A stretch of 64,000 bases of DNA from Balanoglossus misakiensis. Lineage: Eukaryota; Animalia; Hemichordata. Location of the stretch: positions 7,925,705-7,989,704 of the forward strand of contig CM082587.2 in NCBI GenBank assembly GCA_040954595.2, given 5' to 3'. This document shows, piece after piece, positions 1 to 13,354 of the stretch. Made by a program: the position numbers and the translations under genes. Numbering within the stretch: the first letter of the stretch is position 1; the number at the start of each line of letters is the position of its first letter. The notes beneath the pieces were generated by a model. It made no database searches. It saw only the letters and a list, made by a program, of their open reading frames with translations, and was not told the origin of the DNA.

Positions 1-69
1 ACAAAAGAATACCAGTTAAAACGATTAGAACAAAGTTCAACAAACTGCAAATATTGAAGAAACGGGGTA

Positions 70-255
70 TACCGTTAAAGTCATTTTATAAGTCGCATTG
101 GTATTATAAGTCGCACCCCTTCTTTAAAAGACTTGTTTGGGAGGAGATTTTAAGGAAATGAATACAACAGAACATTGGTATTATAAGTCGCACCCCCTTT
201 TCGGCACACACTGTCACTCAAAAAAGGTGCGTCTTATAAAATGACTTTAACGGTA
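70..255. mobile_element. Tc1/mariner-pogo-type MITE (TA target site)
   Basis: TA|CCGTTAAAGTCATTTTATAAG ... CTTATAAAATGACTTTAACGG|TA, with internal TATAAGTCGCA subrepeats. Confidence 0.8.
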
Positions 256-974
256 GTAGTTTAAAATAGTCACCTCATCTCCTTTACTTGATTAACAATA
301 AATACATATTATTGAATAAATAAATGCATATTAATTGCATTCTTTCTTTTGTTAAGTCCTCAGAGGTACCAATGAAGTTACATATTATTTCATTACTTGC
401 TGAGCACAGCCTCTATACAAACAGTACGCAGCTATCGTGGTATGCGTCGCCAAGAGATGACAAACTGATGCAAATGCAAGTAATATGGCTTAATGGTGGG
501 GATTTTAGAGGATAGGGAATATATTTGAAGTATTTTGCCGTGGAAAAAAATATGTGAAATTTGGCAGCTATAGGGGCTTTAAACTAAGTAGGAGCCATTC
601 TGGTCTGCTGGGAATTGGTCTAAAGCTCACTTACTTAGAATGGATGCAACATGTTATGTTTTTGAGCAAAGCACTTTTTCCTTTTCACTACTTCTTCCTC
701 AGCCAGAAGTGGTTGAATGACAGATAAGAATAAGACAAAAAAACACAATAAATATAAATGTATGTCATATGCATCATATATGTGTCACAAAACATCAACA
801 ACTTGTTCAAGTAGTATATTCTCAGGATATACAGTTTATTAGATTTTCACAATCTGTGAATATGTAAATCTGGAATATTGAAAATATACTTTACATGCTT
901 TCTATATGTAAATATTGGTTTTAATATGAGGCATTAAAGAAAGATTATTTGCAATGTTACATTTGTGTTTGTTT

Positions 975-1045
975 GTATGTATGCATGTATGTATGTATGT
1001 ATCTATCTATCTATGTATGTATCTATGTATGTATGTGTGTGTGTG
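975..1045. repeat. Compound (TATG)n/(TATC)n/(TG)n microsatellite
   Basis: Directly visible in the sequence. Confidence 0.85.
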
Positions 1046-1332
1046 ACTCAGAATTTTTGTCGCCAGATTTGATTTGACGAACAACTGGAAGAAAGTTATT
1101 ATATCACGCGTTTTTCACGCCTAAGGTTGGCCTATATACTTTGGAAAATCAAAGGTCATGGCTATTGTGTTGCCACATTACCCAATCTTGTACCCATGGG
1201 TATCTTGTACCCCCCCCCCCTCCTTCCCCATCTCTCTCTCTCGCTCTCGCTCTCGATAGCACATGTGGCTAAGTAATCACCGTTTCTGTCACATGTATTG
1301 AACAAGCATTACTATCATAATTTGTTATGCAG

Positions 1333-1416
1333 ACGTTCAATGCAGCCCGTTCGGCATTTCTACCAGACTCAGAGAAGAAGGACTTGGTTGACCACCTGAA
1401 GAAGCATACAATTTAG
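1333..1416 (+). CDS. ADA: Terminal coding exon of an adenosine deaminase-like gene (upstream exons not found in window)
   Basis: Acceptor tttgttatgcag| is followed by phase-0 TFNAARSAFLPDSEKKDLVDHLKKHTI*. This matches the ADA C-terminal motif NAAxSxFLPxxEKxxL (human [22 protein letters not shown], recalled). It is too short to appear in the ORF track. Confidence 0.8.
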   Translation, partial: TFNAARSAFLPDSEKKDLVDHLKKHTI

Positions 1417-3350
1417 CGTAGCCATTTCTTCTTCAATTTTTACAGACAGACAGAGAAAGTCTGCATGGTCTCATACTTTCATTTGACTGTTGCATTGAAT
1501 ACTGCTAAGGCTTTATACATTAACCCCTGATGTTTAGATAATTTAACAATTAAGGAATAGCTCTTTTCACCATGGGTGTATTGGAGGAAGGAATGGCAAC
1601 ATTTTTAACAAAGGCGAAAGATGGCAGCTTGCTAAGACAGAACATTTTAAAGAATACTACAATGTTATTGGAGTGTGCCGCTATTACATCCATTGTCTTA
1701 GGTTGATGAGAGCTCGATGTACAATGCAAATGGATAAAAATGTAAGAAGAAATCGGAGATAGCATTGTAAGCAATTAGGATATTCGACGAATACTAGAAA
1801 ATGCGGAGAGTCTTCACATTTGCGCTATGATTGTCCCTCTTGAGAAGTAACTGAAGACAACTTATCCAAAGAGAGTGCCGTGGAACCATGCATTATTTGT
1901 ATTAGTCTTCTGCCTCTATCTTCAGCTTGTGCGTTGTGATATTGTTTTGGTGTCGAGTTACGAGACATTTACTTATTTGTGGCCAACGTCGTTTATTTTA
2001 CATGACAAAATATAACACATCACCTTCGATATTATTTTCGATGAAATGCAACGCATACTTATAAAAATAAATCCATCCCAAACCCATTGTTTAAAATACA
2101 GGCTATAGTTACTCTCAGATCGATAGACACTAATCAAACAATGTACATTTGTATAAGCGCAGACATTTAATGATGGTACGGTACTTCTAGAAAATATACA
2201 TGTGTAGCACATAACATTCCAACAGAAACACATGTGTTTACTTCAAGGAAAATTTACGCACCACTCTCAGAACGTGTGGCGGTGGTGGCACATGACTCAT
2301 AAAATTGGGTATGTACAGAAACAAGGTACTGACATACATGTAGATGCACAATGTCTTATTCCAAGTGTCGCGTGTTCTTTATTGTACATAAGCTCATCTG
2401 TAGTTATGCATAATGAAATACCCTTTACCATGCCAAAAAGGCTCGTTTCCCACTGTATTGAGATACTGCTAACCATTTCGTGTAATCTTTGTTTTACATC
2501 GTAACAACGACAATGCTGATATCAAACACATTATAGAATTTCATTGAACCAGACATAGATTCATTCACCAGGTAAGAATGAGTTACCTGTTAGTTCGATG
2601 TCTTTTGTTTGACATCCAACTTTGTGTCGTCAATATTATCCAAATGCTTTGCTGTCCATTTACTCATAGACATCGGGTGAAATACTAGTAGTCAAATCAA
2701 TATATTTAAAAATCGACAACTTGATGATAAAATTTCAATTAAACACCGTCAAAACGCACCGAATTTATTTGTGTTTTTTGTCAATGTCTCACGAACTGCC
2801 ACTTTTTGCACAATTTTCATGCTTTTCCTCCTAAAACCAGATTGGTGAATTTAAACAAACTTATTGATGGGTCAACATGGACAAGCGTATTATACGTCTC
2901 TGGTTGTATAGCTACACTTATAAATATCAATAAGTTGTATAATATACTGGTGCTACACCCATAAATTTAGCCTCCCGTTGCAAGAGAACACAACTATCAT
3001 GGTATATGCGCACAATATAATCTTCAATAATTCAAAATGCGAACGATAAGGAAAAGACTCAAGTACTCAAAAATATGCTAAAGTGGCAGCTCGCGGGGCG
3101 CCTTTCCGTTACTTTAATTTATCTCTCCACTATTCACTATCTAATATAAAGGGTCAGTTCAGCCTCAAAAATACAAGATAAATTGACAGTGAACTAGAAA
3201 CTAGAGTCAAAGATATTCTCAATGTGAAATGGTCACAGTTTTAAAATCAATTTGCCACATTGGAAACCATTTTTTCGTGTAATGGAAAAATACAAAAGAC
3301 TAGTCCATCTTGTTCAGAAGAAAACACTTCGCAACAATTTCTTTGCCCCC

Positions 3351-3777
3351 TAGGTATACCTCTTTAAAAACGCCATTATCTGAGAGCGCATTCTTGAAAT
3401 CTGTCTTCCCATAGAATTACATTGAAAATTGCTAGAAACCCCACTTCTGAATGTCATTTTCCCGATGTTTTGCACATAACTCGGCCAAATGAAATTAATT
3501 TCAGTTGTCGAATAAAATCTTATGGTCAGCGTGCTCAATACGAGATAAATTTCATTTAATGTTTTTGGCCATAACAACCCAGTTTGTGAAAAGAATGCTG
3601 ACACAGCAGTTTTTTCATCATCGGCAAAATTTACGGCGGTCTTGTACTTCAAAAAACAAGTGTACGGTTAACCCGATATTTTATTTCGGATATTATTATA
3701 CTTACAAAGGAAAATACATAAAAACACAGTTAAAAGAGATGGCAATACTTTCAATTTTACCGATCGTATATCCCTAA
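3351..3777. mobile_element. TTAA-type non-autonomous DNA element (family A) abutting the GPCR stop codon
   Basis: It shares 'caatactttcaattttaccgatcgtatatcc' and internal sequence with copies at 7615-8021, ~13075-13354 and ~25095-25350. Confidence 0.7.
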
Positions 3778-4778
3778 GCAAGTGAAGATACCGTGTCAAT
3801 ACTATTACCTTTGGAAAAAGCGAATGCCTCTCTCATGCTTTTGCGAAATTGTTTATACTTTATCGCGTAAATGATAGGATTGACGCAACTATTGAAGAAT
3901 GCAAGAATTATTGTGAGATGATGGGCCAACTTATTGGACGGTATGTTGGGATCGACCGTTGAAGCGAAGTAGTAGAGTTGGTTGGGTGACCACAGAATAC
4001 CGAAGGCAGCGGAGACCAGCAGAAGAGTTTTGATGGTGTTTCGCATGGCACGGTGCATGGAGTCTTGTTGCTCCTTGGGCAGGTCTGTCGACGGCATGCC
4101 CGGTCCAACGCGCAGAATCTTCGAGTTCAGAACCAGGGCGATGTGGGTGTAGGCGAACACCAGGAACGACAGCGGGAACACGTACTCGACCATGAAGTTG
4201 ACGACCGCCAGCACTTTGTACTCGGTCGCCGTGTACGCGTCGACGGCGAACACGCACTGTCCGTTGTGGGCCTTGGTGCGCGGCAAGTTGACGGACTTGA
4301 ACAGGAAACAGAAAACCCAGGTGGCGATGAAAATCGGCACGACTCTCATCTTGGTGAAGAGGTTGACGTAGCGAAACGGGTAGACGATGGCCACGTAGCG
4401 TTCCAGCGTCAAGGCGACCAGGTTGTACGTGGAGGCCAGCAGGCTTGTCCACATGGGATAACGAGCGGCCCAGAGTTTGCAGACGATGTCGCCGGCGATG
4501 CCGAGCGGCACGTCTCGTATTGGGACTACGTAGTGATAAAGGATCAACGCAGACGACAAGAAATCTATGAGCGCTTGGTGCGTCACGAAGTAGTTGGTAA
4601 TGGTACGCATTTGTTTGACCCGCAGTACGACAAAAATGACCAGCAAGTTGCCGACAATACCCATGGCACCGATGATGCTCACGGACACCACGAGGGGTTT
4701 CTCGTACTGGATATTGAACACCCGAAGGCCCTCGTCAACGGTCTCGTTCAGCACAGCGTTAGTGTCATTGCTGGCCAT
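3774..4778 (-). CDS. Class A (rhodopsin-family) GPCR, galanin/allatostatin-receptor-like, intronless CDS, 334 aa
   Basis: Seven hydrophobic segments, with GN in TM1 (GIVGNLLV), TNYF...D in TM2, C at the top of TM3, LERYVAIVYP, WSP in TM6 and NSCVNPIIY in TM7. N-terminal N-glycosylation sites NDT and NET. Confidence 0.95.
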   Translation of the reverse strand: MASNDTNAVLNETVDEGLRVFNIQYEKPLVVSVSIIGAMGIVGNLLVIFVVLRVKQMRTITNYFVTHQALIDFLSSALILYHYVVPIRDVPLGIAGDIVCKLWAARYPMWTSLLASTYNLVALTLERYVAIVYPFRYVNLFTKMRVVPIFIATWVFCFLFKSVNLPRTKAHNGQCVFAVDAYTATEYKVLAVVNFMVEYVFPLSFLVFAYTHIALVLNSKILRVGPGMPSTDLPKEQQDSMHRAMRNTIKTLLLVSAAFGILWSPNQLYYFASTVDPNIPSNKLAHHLTIILAFFNSCVNPIIYAIKYKQFRKSMREAFAFSKGNSIDTVSSLA

Positions 4779-7614
4779 TTCAAATGCGATATCGACGGAT
4801 TGATGATAATAATATAATAAACGTTACCGTCTATGCCAAGTACCCTGGCTGAGTCATGCCATGCAATACTGGAATCCAAACACCCACACCTTTCAGACTT
4901 CAGATGGTCTTGACTTAAAAACCTATGTGTATTTGAGCACTGACGACTTCGTTCGTTTTGATGTGACTCTGTCGCTGACACCAGTGAAATGTTAACAGTT
5001 TTCTTCGGCTCATGCCTTAAAAGAAATCAAGTAGCAGTTCGCGTGTCTGAAGATGCGATGCCCTTTATATGTCAACATTCATAAAATTAGGGCCTTCTTT
5101 GACTATTCACGTACTACATGCACACGTGTCACGCCCACAAAGCGCCGGATGTTTGTATGTGATAAAGAGCGGCCACGGAATCCACGTAAACCAGGTAGAT
5201 ATAGAAATACACAGATACGTCCATAGTGATATTAGGGGGTGTTTCCAACGGGATTCATTCGCCATAAAGATGCGCCCAGTGTCCTGGGAGTTTAAATTCA
5301 GAAGATAGGGGGGCGATGGATCCAAGTGACAACACTCTTCGATGTCGAAAACAACAAAATGAAATGCAAGTACACTATGGATACACGTACTGTTTCACAA
5401 CCTATATGATCGGCCATATTCCTGACAGTCTCGTTTCATGCCAACTATCTTAAGACAAGAACTGTCATATCTTTGAGCGGGAACACCACACTGCAATTAA
5501 TTAAATCACTGCTTGCGGGCTACGCAAAAAGTTATTCTCTAGTACGGATCTGCAGCAAATGGAAACCAAATTGAAAATCGCTATAGTCATTTTGTATGTG
5601 TTTATTTATTCGGCGGGCGAATACGTTCGCTTTCAACCAAGCTTACAGATTTCTGTGTCTGTCATTCCCATTTTTGTGAAATGGTTGAACCGACTGCTTT
5701 GCCAAAACCCGCATATGATAAATAATTATAATGGCAGTACCTCGGTAACTCTATTAGGCGGACTCTGAAGCAGCGACGAAAACCTTGAATAGATTAGAAT
5801 GTTCGAAGTCTCTCTAACCGTCTCTATATAATATTTTCCTTCTTCGATTCTTAGATACGTTATCAGTTCTTCACCACTTGGTGAAACTGATGTAGTTGAT
5901 CATCGCTGTGCTTAATATTTTGGTGTAATCACATCAGCTGCAAATATGATGTTTTGCAGTATTTGCATTATCATCCACGTGTGTATTTGGCTTGTAACGT
6001 AAATCTGACCTGCACGTGTAACCAGTTTCATTCTCACTAAACACTAAGACGACACCACGATTCATCATCGACATCGTTTAATAGCAGTACATGTACTGTA
6101 TTTGTTTACTACACACCGCAGAAAATGTCAAAACAATGTCCAAGTTAGATGTTTCTGTCGCCATTAAATAGACTTCAAAGTTGTCTCTTTCCGTTTTCCT
6201 TCTAGCTTACACGTATAAGGTTATTTACCATATATACTTCGTTTGCTTGCTCTGGGTGATGAAGAAACCAAGCAAGGTTAAGTTTAGCGTACCGCTTCGT
6301 CAACTTTGGGCTCGACATAAAATCTACGGTGTCACTCAATAACCGTTGCAGTGCATTATCTTGATAACACGTGCAAGAAAGGTACCAGTAATTGCTTGTT
6401 ATTTGTAATAGATCATGGTCCTTGCCCGCGCGCGTGACTTTGCGCACTTTCGGCACGTGTCACGATAGACGTTAAATGACAACTGCACATTCCTGTAACC
6501 CTCCATGGTTGAACAGCATGTTTCGGGACCAGTTTTCTGCAAAATATGTTTACTCTCTCTGGCCCATTTATTACTGGAATTCGGGTTTTCGACTTGTTCT
6601 ATGTTCGGGATAACTGATCATCTATTCATCTATAAATCTGATAGGTTAGCTAGATGTGAGGGACGGTGTGAGAAATGACTGCTCACATGCTGCAATAAAG
6701 ACTAATGTTGATATATATAATTGCACCAAACAAACTAAACCATCATTGATGATTTTGTCTTTGAAAACATTTTCTAACGGCGACATTCATTTAATTTGTT
6801 GTTAACCTAACAAAACGAATTCTTGTCTCCAGCACTTGCCTGTCTTTCTAAAATGGCCGTCCCACGCCTGTTGCAGACATTCTAAGATAGGTCTGGAACG
6901 GAACCAAGCAAATTACCCTAGTTCTGTGTAACATAAGAGAATCCGTCTGCTCCCAAGAAAAGCCTGCGGCTGTATCATTTCCATTTCCCCCTCCACATGA
7001 GTCAACTACTGTAGGCCGGTCTCAAGTTGTATAATACGCTGTGTGTGCTGAGTCGAGCATTATATTTCATTTGTAGACGACCAACTGATCAGACATTATC
7101 TTAGGCGCGTGCAATACTGTAACAGAAAAGTCATAAATCTACTGAAAAAAAACGGATTTGCGTCTTGTATTACAGAAAGTTGTTCCGCGTGGTCAATATT
7201 AGAGTTAGAGTCTATACGAAGATGTCGTCAAGTAATTTGACTTGTTATTAATGAAATTTTGCTGTCCTAGGCTATAGTATTGACGAAATCTGAAATGTTG
7301 TCGCACGGCTCGGGTGCGAGGCGTACACAGCTATTGTTAAATGGAAACCACGACCCATTCAATGGGCTGGATGAAATCCAACGAAGTCAATTTGCGACAC
7401 GGATTCCATCCATAGTTAACTCTTTCCTATCAGCTAACAATGCGAAATTGCAAGTGATTATCCGTGTTAAATCGACGAGTTCCGGTTTTTTTATTGTATG
7501 TGTACAGAACCTGGGAAGTTGTTGCCTGTGTTGTTTGCATTCAAGGGTATGTCTCACGTTAGGAATAGATGGCACACAGAAGTTGTAATCAGAATTTAAG
7601 TAGTATTTATTTCT

Positions 7615-8021
7615 TTAAGGATGTACGCGAACGCAAACTTGTAAACTACACAAATGTATACGTATTTGTCTTTTTCCATAGGATTGCATTGACAATTGCT
7701 AGAGAACCAACTTTTACTATTGTCATTTTCATGAAATTTTACACAAAGTTCGTACAAATAAAAATAAACCCATCGGTCAAATAAAATCCACCGCGCTCTA
7801 TTTTAAGATAAACTTCGTTAAATGTTATTCCCATAGACAAACCATTGGTGAAAAATATTGACTCAGCAGTTTTCTTCAATTTATCGACTAAATACACGGA
7901 ATTGTATTTCGAAAACAAGCGCGGTGACCCCTAGTTTCATTATACATATACATGAGAATCCAAAAATCGACAATTAAAAGCAATTACAACACTTTCAATT
8001 TCACTGATAGTAATTCCTTGA
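7615..8021. mobile_element. TTAA-type non-autonomous DNA element (family A)
   Basis: Starts TTAAGGATGTACG and ends actttcaatttcactgatagtaattccttga. Homologous to 3351-3777. Confidence 0.65.
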
Positions 8022-8971
8022 AATTAAACAGATAAAGAGATCGTACAAGGTCAATGTGTGACATTGGCAACTGACCTTGCAAGGGTTTCCATGCTTATTT
8101 GTCAGCAACCGTGACAATTCCGCCTGAAACCCAAAGCCGTCCCTCAGATCCTACAGCTAGAACTATTCATCACGTAATTGTGGATAACAGTGGGTATCCA
8201 CTTGCTTTGAGCACAATTTCCTTTCAATCGACTTTAATGGTATTGCTTCCATGGCCCGATTGCGTGCCTATTCTTTGGAAGGTTTTCCTTTCATGGAAAA
8301 GTCATCTTCACCGTGTCATTACAGTGTTGAAAGCGATACAGCTGTATAGGTATACGTGATCGGGCGGTACACTATGCTCTCCTTGACTTCGCAACGAAGT
8401 ATCGGATAAGCTGCCATACCACTTGAAGCCAGTTGAAAAAGTTAGTATTTTTAAGTTATAGTATTAAGTACACAGCGAAGCTAAATCAATATTCAATCAA
8501 TGCCTTCTTTGAATTAAAACATTGTTGTTTTTCAAGGAACTGCAATCGTGTACAGAATTCGCCCAATCACTTGATCATTAAACAAGTTAACAATCAAGCT
8601 AACGTTTCTCGACGTGCAAATGAATTAAACAGGCTATAAGCTAACCACCCTGGTGCAGTGAAATGATAGACTTTGTGATCAGAATAGAAACATGCGACTC
8701 CTGGCATAGCCTTCTATGAAGTTTGATATTGTCACAAGATGGTAAGTGATACCCTAGCCAACTGTGACGTGAATTTAGTATCGCCAAAATGAGTGTTTGG
8801 GAGTCAGAGTGTTGTGCAGAAAAGAGCTCACACGTACACATTTAAATATGGTGTAACTAGATTGTAATTCACCAGAAACAACGAAATACAAAAATTATGC
8901 ACATAAAATGCCTCTGTAGGAACTACCTATAATAATGCGGGTGACAAAAAGTTATGTACACAAAAACTCAC

Positions 8972-9351
8972 GACAAGAACAATTTCCAGAGTTCCCAAGC
9001 GAAAGACGACGAAGCAAGGTCCGGCAACCGACGAAACGGCGATTTCCTGGGCCTGGAACGGAGCCGCTGGCTTCACGACTGTTTGGAGACGGTCGACGGT
9101 GAGTGGACAATGCAGACCTAAACGCAGGTAGGTGACCGAAGTCTCGCAACCGATGACCGGTTTGCTGGCAGGCACAACAGACGAACGCACGCCCAACCAA
9201 CACGGACGGTGACTCTGTACCCCGAAGCAACACACGGTGACCAGAGGAACGCTGGAAGTAGAGTGGAGCCCCTAAGACCCGAAGCATCGACCTTTTATAT
9301 GGCCAGTTTTGCATCACGTCCGTTTCAAACGCGGTCTCAGAAGCTGATTGG
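8972..9351 (-). promoter_or_regulatory. Probable promoter and non-coding first exon of the GPCR gene
   Basis: On the minus strand: CCAATCAGC (CCAAT at 9351-9347), ATATAAAA (9300-9293), then a CpG-rich ~300-nt segment ending at a GTGAGT donor (8971). A matching acceptor ttgatttcttttaag| opens an exon at 5015, 237 nt upstream of the GPCR ATG. Confidence 0.55.
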
Positions 9352-12300
9352 CGTACTCGATGTCACCCAACAGATGTAACACTTACAACATGTTAATAAC
9401 CCGCTCAGTTACCTACTCTAACTTGTAAACACCATGTGCTTGTGTCTACTACATGTAAATTCACAGAACTGTCGTTCACAAAACAACATGTTCACAAAAT
9501 GTAAATCATATCGTGACAGATATCAGACTTTAACAACTATCTACGTGTGTTTTCAGAACTGTGATTGTTGAACGATCACGCCAAGTCAAGTGCGGGTAGT
9601 GAAGTATATGCATTACCGAAATATCACATCAGTAGGAAAGAGAATTGTTAGTATATAGGATGCATTGTTTGAAAACTATAATAATATATTTTAACTTACA
9701 GACAAAATACCTCATTTTATAAGACGTTTCCCCTTCCTGTAAACTGATGACGTCTTCGAGCATTAATTTACCATTTGTGCCATCTGACCATATTAACGTG
9801 TTTAGTTCTGTATATACAAAGACATATAAACATCGAAATTCAGAGGGTTATTTATAACACATGTTTTTTCAATTGCGTGTGAAGTTTGATCAAGTAAACA
9901 GTGTTGCCATGATATTCGGAGTTCGCAACCAATAATATATATATATATATATATCCAGTAACCGCAAAATCTGTGACCATGAAATGGTGGCTGAAAGTTT
10001 AGTATTTAAAGGCCCCACTTTAGCATTCATGACCATGCAGAGGTTACTGGACGGGTGAAGGATTTGTAAATTACTATAAGTGTTGACCTTACATTTGATA
10101 TAATGAGTCGAAATTTAGGTGTAAATATTTTAATGTCTCTTCATGTATTTTTGTAGATTGACAATTTAGCTTTCAGACGTATACACTTATTGACTATATA
10201 TCTAGAGGAACATAGGAACATAATTTATATAAGGAGAAATAAGAAAATTCTGTCTACGTGACCAAACACCAGGCTTCTGTCAGGACTGCGACAGATTACA
10301 CTCGGTGTATTTTCAATTCCAAAGTATTTCCTCACCTGCTGTGCGGACACAGTTCAAAACACACGTCGTCCATGCATTTCAATAGCAAACGTTCACGCGC
10401 TACGTGTCCCAAATAATACATTCCCGTGATTCCCGTGTGAATGGTAAACAATTTTTTTTTGTAAAGGGGGCATTGGGTCCATTAGCTGTTTTCGATCGTC
10501 ATGATGGTAACGTTGAAAGGCATTTTTCGTCTAGTATATGCAAGTTAGTGAAGCATTTTGAAGTTTTGTGAAATGCTTGCCAAAATGGGTTACAGATCAT
10601 ACGAACCTAAGTAGTGACTCGTCACGTCTATGGAGACGCGTACACAAAGTCAATGTACATGTCAACAAATATGGCTGAAAATTGTTAAACCACAACTGTG
10701 CACTAACTGAAAGAAGAATTACAGAATAATAGTATTGTTTCACTAAAGAATGTTTGATCTATTTATTAAAAAAAATAGCACTGGTATTCACTGGTACTTG
10801 ATTTATTTTTGCAATAAAATAGAGAAATATTACAACTGTAACAATCAATATTGAATCATATTTTCTTACAATTCAATAATCAAGTTGTGTCCCTTGGTAT
10901 AATCTCACTGCATGTATGGTAGCATTAATATTGCAAGAAGGTTACACATATATATGTACTCAGAAAGGTTTTCAGTTTGTGAATCATTGTTTCAGCTGCA
11001 GGACTGTTTCTATATAGGGATGATTTTTGAGAACAGGTCGCTTATCGGCTTTGTCAAATTTGTTCTGAGATAAGTTGACATTTTAATGGAAAAGAAGGGA
11101 CTGGCCATGGAAACAATTGATGCTAACCTAAACTATAATAGCATCAATAGCCCCAAGGAATGAAAACTGATTTCAAATATATGCTTTAAAGTGCCGCCGT
11201 ATGCGGAAGCTTAAGACATCACCGAAATTTTAACTAAAGTTGTCAATGCAACACAGAAATATTTTACCCTCCCTGGAAGCGTTTTATCCCCTGCTATTCT
11301 TAAAAGACAAGTAATTGTTAAACATTTCACCGGCGAATTTTTTTAGAATATATCCCGCGCCTAGCTTCTCCAAACACCAAACGGTACACTCCAACCAGTG
11401 CCACGAAATCTTATGAAACACACTCACAACAATGTTTAAATAATACATACGGCCTTTTGGCCAATGTCAATTTTCAGATTGTCATCGACTGTCCGAATTA
11501 CGTGCTGATTGCATTCTTGAAACTTTGAATAAATCCGATCGCAAACAAAACACCTCCGAAACATTTACGCTAATGTCCAGGTAATTTACAAAGCACCATC
11601 AAAGCTCTCATGCCTAAACAACGATTTCCATTTTTAACTGATGCAAATCTTCGCATCCTTCATGTTTCTTTTTGCAGATAAAAGCGTGACTTCAAGCAAT
11701 TTTTTGAGTAGGCCTATAGTGTTCCGTCTTTCCATTAAGCTCGAGCTCATCTATTTTAAATGCACTTCCCCCAAAATACCGATTTCTTAAAGCTTCAGGC
11801 AACTGCGTTGAGTTCTTGTAGGCCTAAATGTTATTCATTGGATGTCGATAGAAAGACAATCTCTGTCGATTTAAACCGCAATAACTAGAAATCAACACAG
11901 CGATTTGTACTTGTAGGCATTGAACAGAAACAATTGACGCTGTTTATTTAAAAGCATGAAAATCCACTTGGCAGGGTCTCCAGAGAACCCGGATTGCCTG
12001 ATTGGAGTAACCTAACAAATGTTCACTCACTTGCAGGTATATATTAACATTGAGCATTGAATCTGGTTCTCGTATTGTAATATTTAAGACATACAAGGAA
12101 AAAAATGTATTAATCTTCTGCTTAGTTACAATTACAACGGACACAACCTCTATTTCAGTGGATTTTAATTGCATTTTTGGACAGAAAGATTATGGGATTA
12201 AAATCGAAAAGGAAATAATGCGTATCATGTCCAATACCTTAACCACGACATTCCCTCCCCCCCTCTCACTTTATGTTTGATTTTTGTTCGTTTTTCCTGG

Positions 12301-13074
12301 TATGCTTCACACTTGTACTGAGTCAAAATTAAGATCTCTTCAACCGAACCATTGCCATGGTTCTCAACATTCCATGATGTAAATAACACCCACATGTAAC
12401 GTTCCACAGCCATCGTGGTGAATGGTGAAGATGAAGATACATATCAGGTTGTTCTATAGCTATAGAGGGTTGGAGTACCTGTAGGACTGTAGTGTTTGGC
12501 TTCCAGCAAAGCACTGGCCATTTCTTCTTAACTATGTGATTTAGCGCTTCTGGGCTAATTATCGGTGCACATGTGAGCTGTTTTCTTCTCCCCAGGTAGC
12601 AGGGATGGAATTTAATCAGCCTAGGAGTCGTGCAGGTAAGGCATTTAGTGAATCTCTTTTATTTTTTGATTTGAGGATCTCTTCCATTAAATAGGGATTA
12701 TCTCTGGGAATCCATATGCAGGAAATCGGAAGATTTTTTGCAACAAGGAGATCATTAGCAAGAGTCCTTTGTGAAAACCGAAAAGGGGGCATTTATAAGG
12801 GGTCAACAATGGGGTACCCTGCCTTTGAGTAGTCACGACTTTACTAATTATAACTAAACAACCGTCTCACCAAATAAATTCCTCAGAATGACGAATACCG
12901 AACAACTTAGGGAGCACTAATCATGAGGCAATTATACGTTTATATATAAAGTAAAGCAAACACGTTGCCCACTTAAAAACATCAACCCATTTTACTGAAA
13001 TTGCACCAAAGCATAATGCCTTCTACATGGCATAACTGAATAACTACTGAAGAGAGTGTACAAAATCTGAGAAA

Positions 13075-13354
13075 GTTTTTTTTGCCTACAAAGTCAAAAC
13101 AACTCATTAAAAACGTATAATTATCATAATTTATCTCTCTGAAATCACCATGGTTCTTAAATAGGTATTTCATGCAAACTCAATGTCAATTACCGGTACA
13201 TGTATCAAATAAATTCACTACCTTGTAATTCAAAAACAAATGCGGTAACCCCAGTATTTTATGACAGATTTTTATTATGCTTACAAAGGAGAAACCAGAA
13301 ATCCACATAAAAGAAATGACAATACTTTCAATTTGACCGATCGTACATCCTTGA
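13075..13354. mobile_element. Family A element, partial copy
   Basis: Ends aatactttcaatttgaccgatcgtacatccttga. Confidence 0.6.

Noticed and set aside
3931-4817. Long ORFs overlapping the GPCR (254 aa on +, 173 aa on -)
   Set aside because: These are shadow ORFs caused by the GC-rich codon usage of the GPCR and have no recognisable motifs.
8810-9390. Possible solo LTR (TG...CA ends, internal TATA) and 102/121-aa ORFs
   Set aside because: No target-site duplication or poly(A) signal was found and the ORFs have no protein features. A promoter plus UTR exon explains the region better.
12225-12413. MAVERY motif suggesting a GPCR pseudogene fragment
   Set aside because: There are no flanking TM helices or other class A motifs, so it is likely chance.
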